From Heterodontus francisci (Eukaryota), in the NCBI RefSeq assembly GCF_036365525.1, contig NC_090371.1, forward strand, positions 104,442,649-104,506,648: DNA of 64,000 bases, given 5' to 3'. The notes below the pieces were generated by a model. The model was not told the origin of the DNA and did no database searches. It was given only the letters and a program-made list of their open reading frames with translations. Every line of letters starts with the position of its first letter. Position 1 is the stretch's first letter. Positions 37,376 through 49,505 of this stretch are shown in pieces. Both the position numbers and the translations under genes were made by a program.

Positions 37376-38620
37376 ACCTAATTGGCTGCATTTTAGAGCA
37401 TTAAGAATTATTCGAGGAACGAAAGGGTGAATTTGTGTTCCATTTTTTTGTTTTGCAAAGGTAAATTCACCAATCCCAACTCTCCCTGTTGGAAGTCGTT
37501 GCTGAAGGGAAACTGGTTTTGCACTGCAGTGGTGAAGCCCCATCACTAACCTGTAAACTTTTTGAGCATAGCTTCCTGCTGTAAGCATGGTAGTGGTGAA
37601 TTTACCTTTATAATGTATTAGTATCCACACACTAAAGCCTAGTGGCACATTGGGTCTTTTGAGGTTTTTTTCTATGCATGAGTGGTAAGAATAAAATCCA
37701 AACCCTTATGGCTGTTAATTCTGTTTACCACCTGTCTAGTACCAAGGCTTTTTTCCAAAACGAACATTTAACCCTGGGTCTTCCAACATCTTTTGTGGAT
37801 TCAATCCCCACGTAAGTGCCTCGCTGGCTACCAGGGCAGAGTGCCAAATGTGGTTACCTGGTCTCATGTTCTACAGAGGTCTAGCGGGAGAAAATACAAT
37901 TAGTACATACTCACCTTGGGTGAATGAAATTGTGAATTTTTTTTAATGGAATATTTTAAACTGAGCCAACCATAGTGTTTCTCAGGGTCTAAGCTTAGTC
38001 TAAATCCTGAGGGCCTACAAATCCGAACTGTGCGCACAGTCTGAAAACTGGAATGGTTTGTTATAACAGAGCAGCAAGACATTCGGCTGTGCAGCTAAGC
38101 AAGTTACCACATTGATTTAATCCCATTTTCTATCATCTTTTCAACCTTTGTTCCTATGGGCTTTGGCCCTCCACAAAGCCTTCTCAACTTGAAAAAATGA
38201 CTGGTATTAATCGTCTGTCAATTTGAGGTAGATGTTATCAGACCAAAAAGTTGTGATTTTTTTTTTTCTTGCTGTTGCTAGTGCAGTCCAAGGTACAAGA
38301 AACTGTAGGAGGCTCACTGGTACTCTCAACATGCTGTGCTGTGGAGTGGTAGGATTGATTACTTAAATGGAGGTCTAGAGATGTTTCCTTTGGGAAAATG
38401 TGAAGATATTTTGCCCTGAGTTACACTTGCACACCTTCTAATGTCTGGATCAAATGCAGTTGGAAGCAGCTTTTGATCAGGTTGCTGGGATGCCCGCTCA
38501 GCCAGGCATTGGCATGCTATGGAGAGACAAAATAGGAAAAACAGATTTTAAACTTCATTAAATTTCTGCTGAGTATTTTTACAGGAGCACAGTACTTCTC
38601 TACATAGTATTTACATCACA

Positions 38621-38703
38621 GAAGCATTTTCTTGAATGTAGTATTTGTCACCATTAAAGAGCAATTTGCATGAAAGAATGAATTTTGCAAGATAGCATCA
38701 GTG
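38621..38703 (+). repeat. 83-bp diverged direct repeat, copy 1
   Basis: Ungapped alignment to 40284-40366, 71/83 identical by manual count. Confidence 0.85.
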
Positions 38704-38709
38704 ACTGAA

Positions 38710-38946
38710 AGGTCGATAACTAGAGAGCACAGATTTAACATGATTGACATGAGGGAAAATTAACTTTTTGTATGCAAGGAATGGTTAGGATTTAGAATAC
38801 ACTGCCTGGTAAGGTAGTGGAAACAGAATTAATAATGGCTTTCAAAAGGGAATTGGATAAATACTTGAAGGAAAAAATATTGCAGGGATATGGGGAGTAA
38901 GACCAACAGGATTGCTCTTTGAAAGAGCTGTCACAGACTCAATGGG
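38710..38946 (+). mobile_element. Old CR1 3' fragment
   Basis: ACTAGAGAGCACAGATTTAA..GACATGAGG..TTCAAAAGGGAATTGGATAAATACTTG. Confidence 0.7.
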
Positions 38947-39295
38947 AACATAGGAAATAGGAACAGGAGTAGGCCATTCAGCCCGTCGTGCCTGCTCTGC
39001 CACTCAAACAGATCGTGGCTGATCATCTACCTCTACGCCATTTTTCTCCACTATTTCCATATCCCTTGATGTTATTAGTATCCAGAAATCTATCGATTTC
39101 TGTCTTGAACATGCTCAATGATTGAGCTTCCACAGCCCTCTGGGGGAGAGAATTCCAAAGATTCATCACCCTCTGAGTAAAAAAAAAATCCTCGTTTCTT
39201 TCTTAAATGGAATCTTATTCTGAGATTGTGTCCCCTGGTTCTAGACTCACCAGCCAGAGGAAACATCCTATCTATATCCATCCTGTCAAGCCCTG
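38947..39295 (-). mobile_element. CR1 3' fragment
   Basis: GLDRMDIDRMFPLAGESRTRGHNL; GGAGTAGGCCATTCAGCCC tail. Confidence 0.85.
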
Positions 39296-40004
39296 AAGAT
39301 TCCAGAAAAACCTCATTAGAAACAAAGAGGATTGAGAAGAACCATGTGACCACCTGTTCATCTCTGAAGGAACAAGTTTTGGTACACAAACAAGCAGACA
39401 GGCAGTAACCAAGTGGACAGTGAGAAGGCTGCTGCTCCCCTGTCTCTCTCTTTCCCCACCCTCACCCCCACAGAAAACATCAAGTGAAAACCATCTGTGA
39501 TTGGGGGACCCTCCAAGCCTACAGACCACTACAGTCAGCAACCAGGGGAAGAGAACCAACTACAATTTCTATTTTCAGGAAAACCCTGAGCACAGCAAGC
39601 CAGCCAAAATACACTTTGCCTGACCAAGACCTTCAAGAACACAGCTGAGGACTACTGGATCATCCATTTACAGACTGTATTTACGTTCCATTTATTCTGA
39701 GCTTTAATCCAACCACCAAATCTGTTTCCCTCTGTAATCTATTTCTGTGTGTGATTCTCATGTGAATGTGTAGCATATTTTTAAATCTGGTTAGAGTGTT
39801 AAACATAATAAACTTACCCATTTCTTGTTTAAACTTGTGAAAACCTGTCCAATTGGTTCTTTCGCAATCACAGTAAAGGAAAAAGGTAAAACACTCAGAG
39901 GTGGTAAGCACAACCACTGTTAAAAAGGAATAAACCCTGTTCCAGTCAAATAAGAGAAAGGGGCAAGAAGGGAGCTTGAGACACCTCCTCACCTAGCCGT
40001 AACA
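39296..40004 (+). mobile_element. LTR fragment (diverged relative of 656-1497)
   Basis: Ends CTCCTCACCTAGCCGTAACA; shares AAACCTGT..TGGTTCTTT and AACCCTGTT blocks with the other copies. Confidence 0.55.
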
Positions 40005-40283
40005 GTATGAAGTTGCTCCTGTGATCGTACAACATCCAGCAAGAAGAGTAGAGCAGATGAAAGGGGTGTTTTAATGCTCCTATCAACGATAATCTCTATT
40101 AAATGAATTTGGCATTGAATGAGCTGCTGTGTTTTTCAGTGATTCAGCTTTTTCCTGTTGTACGTAATGTTTAATATCTAGTGCATGATGTAATTGAATG
40201 TAATTATTAATCAGAGGACCCCAGCTCTGAAAGTGAACATGGTTTGTTAAGCAATCTATTGTGTTCTTTTTTTGGTTAGTAAT

Positions 40284-40366
40284 GAAGAATTTTCTTGAAG
40301 GGAGTATTTGTCACCTCTAAAGGACAATTTGTTTTAAAGAATGAGTTTTGCAAGATAGCATCAATG
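40284..40366 (+). repeat. 83-bp diverged direct repeat, copy 2
   Basis: See 38621-38703. Confidence 0.85.
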
Positions 40367-41306
40367 GTTTAATTAGGGACTTAACAACCATGGAAGATAT
40401 TTCTTCTGTAATTCCCATGCCAACAAATTCCATCCCCCTCCACATACTTTGCATTCATTGTTGAGCAAGTAACTAAGGTACTTGACTTTGGTACACGAGT
40501 GTTATACAGGAGATGGCATCGGCTTTGCCTCTCCTCCCCTCTCCTGAAAAACACAATTTTCAGAATGTCATTGTATTGGCACAGGCATGATGCACAACTG
40601 ACTAGTCTAATGACTTGCTTGACATAAGTTGCTTCCAAGGGTAAAAATGTGTAAATGCTCTGTTTTATCTTTGATAGTTGATGTTAAAAGTTGGCCTTGA
40701 ATGAGCCCCAACTATTCACCTGAGCTTGATTTTCTTTGCTTCAAATTAGTTTCATGGGGTCCTATCAGATACTTGTGAATGTGTTCTGAATGCAGTTCCT
40801 GGCAGGTCTGAATCCAAAACCTAGAACGGCTGATAATTTGGCAGAGAAAGTCATAAGCACAGCTGGTATGAAGCATGGGCTTGTCAAAATGGTGTAGCAG
40901 AGAGTGCTGGCCTGTAGTTGGGGATTAAATCAAATTGTTGGAGTAAAGAGGAAATCTCACCCATTTCCTGTCATTTAATTCATGTGGTGCTTGATCTGGG
41001 GTCAAGAGCAATGTTCCCTTTAAAATGTTGTGTGTGGCCAGTTTTTTCAATGCGTGTTACCTTTCAAACTTTGCATGGCTGTGCACCAGTGGAATTTAAT
41101 ACAAAACCATGTCTGCATGGTACCTTCCAGGCTGTCGTGTGGTTGTGCTTGCACGCAGCTTAGCAGGAGCATTGGTCAGGACCTTGTTGCTGATATCTGC
41201 CTTTTGCATCAGCTTACTTTCCAGCTCCTTCAATATTTATATCCTTTAATCTTGAAAGACATAAATAATCATATAAAAAATGAGTGCGAATGGTCAGTAA
41301 ACCTAG

Positions 41307-42204
41307 TGTTACGACCAGGTGTGAAAGGTTTCTAGGGGTCTGTTACTATCTTCCCCTGGTCTTATTGTAAGAGGGTTTAATTTTAAACGCACTGTTTTGA
41401 GCTCCCCCTTTGTGAATCCTTGTTCACAACTTTCCAATTATAAGGCAAAGAAATGAGCACAAACAGGCTTTCTGTGGTTTAGAGAAGAAAGATGAAATTT
41501 ATTAAACCTTAAACTTAAACTCGAATGCAGTTAATGCCTATGGATATACGACATGCCCACACTAGCATGCACACATGATACACACATGCAAATAGGGACA
41601 GAAAAGATAAGTAGAACAGTTTGAGGCAATATCTTGTTACTGTTTCTCGAACTCGCTGTAGTCCTTGATTGAAGATATGGCCTTGCGTTTCGTTGGGGCC
41701 CAGTATTCATCTTGAACCTTGTTCACGTAGGAGGCTGTTCTCTTTGCGTTTACATGTCTTATCAAGATTCAGTTCCATGGGAAAGAGATGGAGGTAGGCA
41801 GACAGGAGAGGAGATGTTCTCAGTCCATGAGCACATGGGGTTCTCTGTTCCAATTCCTTTGGGAGTTCAAATTCAAAAAGATTCCCAGGTTGCCCAGCAG
41901 GTTAGTCATGGGATTAGCTCCTTATATGGAACAGTCTCTCCTGCGAGGTTTGTGGATTGTACCTTAGCAGTCTCTGGAATGCTGGCTCCCCCCACCTTCA
42001 ACGTCTGGTAATCAAAAGTTAATTGTTGGTTGAATGAGTCAGGGCATGGCCCTTTGTCCCTTGTTCCAACACTGTCGGTTACCACAGAAATGTCTTTCTT
42101 GTCAGGGGCTTGCAATTTTAAGTTTTAATGTTCATGTGATGAAATCATGTGTGCCTCCATCTTGGCCGGTGGTTGGGGGGTGTGGGGGCAGGGTTTGCCT
42201 GATA
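41307..42204 (-). mobile_element. Complete solo LTR (898 bp), Gypsy-like
   Basis: Starts TGTTACGACC, ends GCCTGATA (decayed TGACA); 4-bp TSD CTAG (41303-41306 / 42205-42208); AATAAA on the minus strand at about 41498-41503. Confidence 0.75.
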
Positions 42205-42294
42205 CTAGCTAAATGTGCTGACCTTCAGAAATGAAAACATTACATTTCAAAGGATATGTCTTACACGAGTATTGCTGAAATGTTCCTTTACATC

Positions 42295-42885
42295 GAATTT
42301 TATAGAATTTACAGTACAGACAGGCCATTTGGCCCAACTCGTCTATGTTTCACTTGAGCCTCCTCCCACCCTCCTTCATCTAACCTGATCACTGTCATAC
42401 CCTTAAGTAATTTGACACAAACACTTAATGAGCCTGAAGTGAATATTTAGATTTCAGTGGTAAAACTGGTATCCCCATGAGAGGCACCCCAATGAGCCAT
42501 CAACTTAATATGCAACTGAAGGTTGGGTATGTGATCTGACAACATTGGTACCTACTGGTAGTGTTGTCTCTGGACAAAAGGAAATTTCACATCTTCCATT
42601 TTGTGTTATTGAAACCCTAATGAGAAAACTGATTTACCTTTTATATCTCACCCTACTTCATCTAACCTTATCAGTGTAACCTTTCATTCCCTTCTCCCTC
42701 ATGTTTATCTAGTTTTTCCTTAAACGCATCTATGCTGTTTGCCTTAACCACTCTGTGTGATACTAAGTTTCCCATTTTAACCACTCATTTATAAATTAAT
42801 TTATTAATGTCTATCTTGTAATTGTGACCTCTAGTTTTGGTCTCCCTCACAATTGGAAACATCTTCGCTGTGTCTACCCTGTCAT
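42295..42885 (-). mobile_element. Old CR1 3' fragment interrupted by an approximately 255-bp insert
   Basis: CAGGCCATTTGGCCC tail; DRVDTAKMFPIVRETKTRGHNYK; 25-bp duplication around the insert. Confidence 0.65.
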
Positions 42886-43011
42886 AGCAATATATGTTGA
42901 GACCTGCAGAAAATAAAAATTGATTTGATTGCTGGTAGGTTTTGACTTTCTGTTTTATGAGTAATCGATCAGTTTTCATGATATTGTGGCCAAATGGACT
43001 GAGCAGAATGG

Positions 43012-43113
43012 TACAAAAGCAAAATACTGTGGATGCTGGAAACTGTAATAAAAACAGAAAATCGTAGAAATATTCAGTAGGTCAGGCAGCATCTGTGAAG
43101 AGAGAGTGTGTTA
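43012..43113 (-). mobile_element. Penelope-like pseudo-LTR fragment (left of the Harbinger insertion)
   Basis: AAAAGCAAAATACTGTGGATGCTGGAA..AAAACAGAAAAT..GGTCAGGCAGCATCTGTG; resumes at 46284. Confidence 0.65.
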
Positions 43114-44404
43114 CCGGGGGTAGGGGGAATTTTTATGCTGTCCACCACGACGAATTTGGTGGCATGCATGGTGATATAATTAGGCGGAAGGTGTTTTTTG
43201 GGTTCCCACTGCGGGATATTTTAGAGGAATGAAGTCGGCGAAAGGTTTGCGGCATTCCGCAGTTTCCCCTAATGCGGATTGCAGCTTTGCATTTATTTAA
43301 ATAACATGAATACTTATTACCCTACGCATAGTTTCAATTTAGTCCTACCTGCTAGATTAAATGAACGGCGATCAATATTCCCGTGCCACCCAGTTCGTGA
43401 ATGTTTCAATGTGGTGTACAACAGTTGGATTTGTGCAGTTGAGTCTCAGGACTGTGCTCTTCTCTTTAACTCGTTCGCTAAACTAACCCCAGCATTGGAA
43501 TTGATGTTTGCCTCCAGCACCAGCATGGGCGAAATCAGCTCGGAATGGTGACCGCATGGGCGGGGGCTACATGGAGGAGCAGCGGAGGGTAGTGAGGGAG
43601 GGTAGGGTTGATGGGGTTGCATGGTGGAGCAGGGGAGGGTAGTTGGGGAGGAAAAGGTGGGGCGATCAGTTGCATGGAGGAGCAGGGGAGGGTGGAGCGG
43701 AGCGTCCAGGTTGTTGAATTGGGTAGTGTTGATGGTGAAGATGCATTTTGTCGGCTGCAGGGATGGTGGGTAGATTAGATCAGTACAGTGAAGATATTTG
43801 GCAAGGGCCTAAAGGGAGGGATGACTGCTGTTGATGTTGGGGAGCTGCGGGGCAAATTGAGGATACTGACTAGCAGATTGAATGGTCAGTCAATGGGGGC
43901 AAATGGATTCTGTAGAGGGGAAGGTCAAGACTAATAGGTGGGTATTCGACAGCTGCATATGGAGGGAATGGGACGCTGCAACAATGGTCAATTTGATGTG
44001 AGGAGGTTCAAGGATACGAATTGGCATGTCGATAGTAACGAGTAGGAACCGGGGAGGGATGACATGAATACATTGATAATTACACTATGCACTGTAATGG
44101 GGGGAGTCTCATTGGTAACAGAGGGAAGGGTAACGGTAACAATGGGTGGGTCAAGGGTGATGGGTTCAAGCTGGAAGGTTGCAGGAGGAGGTTGGAAGGT
44201 GGGGGAACTTGCCCTGAATTCCACGTGCACCATTTTCTCCAACGATAATGGAAACCATGTGGACACTCGAGGATTGCGAGGAGAGTGGGAGGAGGCAAAC
44301 GACAGTGGGTGTGTCTTCTACCTGGCTGCAATTTGAAGACAGATATAAGGGAGTTCATTGCCTCGACGTTTCAGCTCACTGGCGACAGAGAGTTGAATTG
44401 CCAC

Positions 44405-44850
44405 TGTTACGACCTGGTGAGAAGGACTCTAGGGGATCCCTCTCAGCCTTTGCCTGGTTTAATTTTAAAAAGACTGTTTCTGGCTTCCCCTCTGTGAATC
44501 CTTGTTCACTGAAAGGTAGAAGTTTATCCTGTTACCGACTACGAATATGCGACGCGACCACGCTAGCATGCATAGGCAATAAACACACATGCAGATAGAG
44601 ACAGAAAGGTAGAAAAGAATAAAGGGGAAAACTCTGAGGCAATAGATGGGTTTCTATTTTACTGTCCTTTTGAGTTTACTGTGGAGTCTTTGGTTGCCGG
44701 TCAGACTTGCAATTCGTTGGGGCCCAGTGCATGTTTCAACTTCTTTCGAGGTTGGAGTCTTTTGCTCCCCAGCAGTCCTCCGATTGCCAGGGGGCCCAAC
44801 TGGCACATGTTCCATCAGCTGCTGGGACGTGTCTGTGTCATACACACCAG
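44405..44850 (-). mobile_element. LTR fragment nested in the Harbinger element
   Basis: TGTTACGACCTGGTGAGAAGG start; homology to 41307 onward holds until about 44730; right boundary uncertain. Confidence 0.6.
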
Positions 44851-44984
44851 TTTGTAACCCAGATTCTAATCCATCAATTAATTATTTCTATAAATGTACA
44901 CAGGTTGGCTGCTGGTAAATTACTTGATTCCATGATGTGTTTTGTATACTTGGACTTCCTGATCGTGCTGCTTGAAGAGCAATC

Positions 44985-45143
44985 TTAATCTTAAATCCCC
45001 AGCGGACCGTGTGGATGTATCTGCACTGGCGGAGGTGGAAGAAGAGGCAGGTGACAGTGCACCCTCTGGGGCATTGGCTTCTTCTTCATCTCCAGAGGAG
45101 AATTCTTGGGCCACGTAGTGCTCTGCTACTCGAGTGTGGGCAC
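44985..45143 (-). pseudogene. Putative downstream exon of the Harbinger Myb-like gene (acidic, Ser-rich)
   Basis: Acceptor CCTCTGTTTGTTTCCACTGCAG| followed by the open frame GAHTRVAEHYVAQEFSSGDEEEANAPEGALSPASSSTSAS. Confidence 0.35.
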
Positions 45144-45665
45144 CTGCAGTGGAAACAAACAGAGGCACTTTAAGCATGTGCTTCACATGCGTTCATACAA
45201 TTTTCTTCAGTTTCCACATATGGCTGCAGGAATAGAGATGACATTCATTCTTATGCCTTGTGGCTCCTGCTTTGCCATCTCCGCTCGCCCTGCCTCCCTC
45301 CTCTCTCTATCTCAGATGCCTGCTCCTCAGCTGTGATCAGATGTCAGAGACCCCTCTTCCCACCTTAGCATGCTCATACTGGTTGTGGTTTCATTTATCC
45401 TGCAGCAGACAGTGCAGATTTAATGACAAGGCAAATGATGCATCACAACCATTGCATACATACATCAACATCACTCATTCTGCAATGGCTTTCCTACGAC
45501 ACATCCAATTACATAATCAATGCCAATGTTCATCTTGGTGCAGCGTCATTTAATGAATGGCACCAAGGCTGCTCAGGTATTCCACTGTATTCCTGGTGTA
45601 CCTTCAGCCTTAAAAACGTGGAGCATGGAAGAAAACAATGGAACCGGTTCACCAGGACCACCTAC

Positions 45666-45880
45666 CCTCACTGATATGAACAAATCATTGATGTGCTTGT
45701 GGCACTGCACCCACGAGTGACCCCACGGTTCGAGATCTCCTCTGCTGCCTCCATCCTTGGTGAGGCGGGAGGGTCTTCTGACTCCATCCGCAGGGAAGAG
45801 GACCTCCCGCCTTTCCTGATGGCCTGGAGGAGAACCTGCAGGGAGGCATCACTGAACCCTGGGGCGGGATGCTGGCTGCT
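45666..45880 (-). pseudogene. Myb/SANT-like DNA-binding domain exon of Harbinger, frameshifted
   Basis: APGFSDASLQVLLQAIR / RREVLFPADGVRRPSRLTK / EAAEEISNRGVT / WVQCHKHINDL, followed by donor AGG|GTAGGT. Confidence 0.7.
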
Positions 45881-46283
45881 GGCTATTATTTCATTCACTT
45901 TGGCTGTAGGGAAAATAAAATGGTATGAAGTTGGTGGTGACTTTCACAAAATAAGAGAGGCAAAAACATTTTGATTTACGTAAAAGCTTCAGTTTAAGTT
46001 ATTCTGAAGATACTTAAATGAAAGGAAGGCTGCTGAACCTTCAGGCTCCATGCACAGAATGTTTTGTATCTGTGGCGATCATGGTGCTTGGGGCAGTGAC
46101 AGCGGGTTCCACCAATGAAGGCTACCCCTGCTGCATGGTTCCATGTGTTCCCTGTTGCTGTAGCCGCATGGCTAATTTAAATACAAAATCGTGTGGGGAA
46201 ACTGGATTTGTGGTGGAAGTGGAAGTTACGACAGTTTCCAGTCAGGCTGTCAGGAAAGCCATGGCATTCATAAGATTCCACCC

Positions 46284-46324
46284 AACATTCAGGTTGATGT
46301 ATTTCGAGCATTTTCTGTTTTTAT
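46284..46324. mobile_element. Penelope-like remnant, right part
   Basis: AACATTCAGGTTGAT continues 43012-43113; 46299-46324 is an inverted copy of 43048-43073. Confidence 0.55.
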
Positions 46325-46804
46325 GAACAGAATGGTATCTGAATAACTGCACTTGTTGAGGGCTTGAATAAAGGGGTCTGTTTGTGATAATCCCTTCAAA
46401 TTAAATCTCGATGTAAAATTAACTCAATTTATTTAATACCCTACAGTACATTGTGGATGATCAAATGTATACTTAAAAATATACACACATAACAGGCTGT
46501 TTTCTTTATTTAAAGAAAAAAGTTTTAAAAACATCATTGAACACAATCCAAAGATCGCGCAGAATAGCTGTTATAAGAACAAAATATTTTAATTTCCAAC
46601 ATGGTAGGAATTCAAATTTCAAGTGAAATCACTTGAAGTCTTTTGGAAATGGTTCAGTCTGCAAAAGTGGTTAATGCAACACTGGGATGTCCCCATGTGA
46701 TAAAGTATGCTTGCTTAGAACATTTTATGTTTTTAAAAAAATGACTCCCTCAAATTAAAACAAAATGTGTTTAGAACTTGCTTCTTGAATTTAAAATACC
46801 TGTT

Positions 46805-49505
46805 TTACATAGAAACATTGAAAATAGGAGCAGGAGTCGGCCATTCGTCCCTTTGAGCCTGCTCTGCCATTCATTATGATCATGGCTGATCATCCAACTC
46901 AGTAACCTGTTCCCGTTTTCCCCCTAAATCCTTTGATCCCTTTAGACCCAAGAGCTATATCTAACTCCTTCTTGAAAACATACAATGTTTTGGCCTCAAC
47001 TGTTTTCTGTGGTAGCAAATTCCACAGGCTCACCATTCTCTGGGTGAAGAAATTTCTCCTCATCTCAGTCCTGAATGGTTTACCACGTATCCTTAGACTA
47101 TGACCCCTGGTTCTGGACTCCCCCACCATCGGGAAGATCCTTCCTGCATCTACCCTGTCAAGTCCTGTTAGAATTTTATAGGTTTCTATGAGATCCCACC
47201 CCCCCCCCCCCCCACCCCTCACTCTTCTGAACTCCAGCAAATATAATCCTAAGCAACTCAATCTCTCATATGTCAGTCCTGCCATCCCAGGAATCAGTTT
47301 GGTAAACCTTTGCTGCACTCCCTCTATAGCAAGAACATCCTTCCTCAGATAAGGAGACCAAAACTGCACACAATATTCCAGGTGTGGCCTCACCAAGGCC
47401 CTGTATAATTGCAGCAAGACATCTCTTCTCCTGTACTCGAATCCTCTCGCTATGAAGGTCAACATACCATTTGCCTTTTTTACCGCCTGTTGCACCTGCT
47501 TGCTTACCTTCAGCGACTGGTGTACGAGAACACCCAGGTCTCGTTGCATATTCCCCTCTCTGTTTATAGCTGTTCAGATAATCTGCCTTCCTGTTTTTGC
47601 TACCAAAGTGAATAACCTCACATTTATCCACATTATACAGCATCTGCCATGCAATTGTTCACTTGTCCAAATCACCCTGAAACCCCTCTGCATCCTCCTC
47701 AAAACTCACCCTCCCACCCAGTTTTGTCATCTGCAAATTTGGAGATATTACATTTAGTTCCCTCATCTAAATCATTAATATATATTGTGAATAGCTGGGG
47801 TCCTAGCACCAGTCCCTGCGGTACCCCACTAGCCACTGCCTGCCATTCGGAAAAAGACCAGTTTATTCCTACTCTTTGTTTCCTGTCTGCCAACCAATTT
47901 TCTATCCATCGCAATACACTACCCCCAATCCCATGCGCTTTAATTTTACACACTAATCGCCTAGGTGAGACTTTGACGGAAGCCTTCTGAACATCCAAAT
48001 AAACCACATCCACCGGCTCCCCCTCATCAACCATACTAGTTACATCCTCGAAGAATTCTAGTAGATTTGTAAAATATGATTTCCCTTTTGTAAATCCATG
48101 CTGACTCTCTCTGATTCTACCACTGTTCTGCAAGTGCTCTGCTATAAAATCTTTGATAATGGACTCTAGAATTTTCCCCGCAACCGACATCAGGCTGACT
48201 GGTCTGTAATTCCCTGTTTTCTCTCTACCTCCCTTTTTAAATAGTGGGATTACATTAGCTACTCTCCAATCTGTTGCACCTGCATGCTTACCTTCAGCAA
48301 CTGATGTACGAGAGAACCCAGGTCTCGTTGCATATTCCCCCCTCTTAGTTTATAGTCTATAGAATCTTGGAAGATGACCACCAATGCATCCACTATTTCT
48401 AGGGCCACTTCCTTAAGTACTCTGGGATGTAGATTATCAGGCCCTGGGGATTTATTGGCCTTTAATCCCATCAATTTCCCCAACACCATTTCTCTACTAA
48501 TACTGATTTCCTTCAGTTCCCCTCTCTCACTAAACCCTGTGTTCCCCAACATTTCTGGTATGATATTTGTGTCCTCCTTTGTGAAGATAGAACCAAAGTA
48601 TGCATTTAGTTGGTCTGCCATTTCTTTGTTCCCCATAATAAATTCCCCTGTTTCTGACTGTATGGGACCTACATTTGTTTTCACCAGTCCTTTTCTCTTC
48701 ACATACCTATAGAACCTTTTTCAGTCAGTTATTATGTTCCCCACAAGCTTACTCTCGTACTCTGTTTTCCCCTTCTTAATCAATCCCTTGGTCCTCCTTT
48801 GCTAAATTCTAAACTGCTCCCAATCCTCAAGTCTGTTGTTTTTTCTGGCGAATTTGTATGCTTCTTCCTTGGATCTGATGCTATCTCTAATTTCCCTTGT
48901 AAGCCATGGTTTGGCTACCTTTCCTGTTTTACTTTTGTGCCAGACAGGAATAAACAATTGTTGCAGTTCATCCATGCGCTCTTTGAATGTTTGCCATTGC
49001 TTATCCACAGTCATCCCTTTAAGTAATGTTTCCCAATTCATCATAGCCAACTCGTGCCTCATACCTTCGTATTTCCTTTATTAAGATTCAGGACCCTAGT
49101 CTCAAAATCAACTACGTCACTCTCCATCTTGATGAAGAATTCTATCATATTATGGTCGCTTATCCCCAAGGGGTCTCGCACAACTAGATTGTCAATTATT
49201 CCTCTCTCATTACATAATACCCAGTCTAGGATGGCCTGTTCTCTAGTTGGTTAGACAATGTATTGGTCCAGAAGACCATCCTGTATTCACCCCAAGAATT
49301 CCTCCTTATTGTGACTAATTTGATTTGCCCAATCCATATGCAGATTAAATTCACCCATAATTACAGATGTTCCTTTATTGCACGTGTGTCTAATTTCCTG
49401 TTTAATGCCATTCCCAACATTGCCACTACAGTTTGGGGGTCTAGATACAACCCCATTAATGTTTTTTGCCCCTTAGTGTTTCTCAGCTCTACCCATACAG
49501 ATTGC
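46805..49505 (-). mobile_element. CR1 LINE (APE to 3' tail), decayed
   Basis: ORFs 46899-47549, 47699-48190, 48259-48702, 48802-49062: KSPGPD, QHGF, GVPQGLVLGP, FADD, LEYCVQFWSP. Confidence 0.93.

Larger units (their letters stand above)
43116..46283 (-). mobile_element. Decayed PIF/Harbinger DNA transposon (about 3.2 kb)
   Basis: Imperfect TIRs GGGGGAATTTTTATG (43123-43137) / CATAAGATTCCACCC (46269-46283); splits a Penelope remnant after TTA; carries a Myb/SANT pseudogene. Confidence 0.65.

Noticed and set aside
47195-47218. Poly-Gly stretch in the CR1 ORF (RGGGGGGW)
   Set aside because: Local poly-C homopolymer expansion or sequencing artefact in a dead element.
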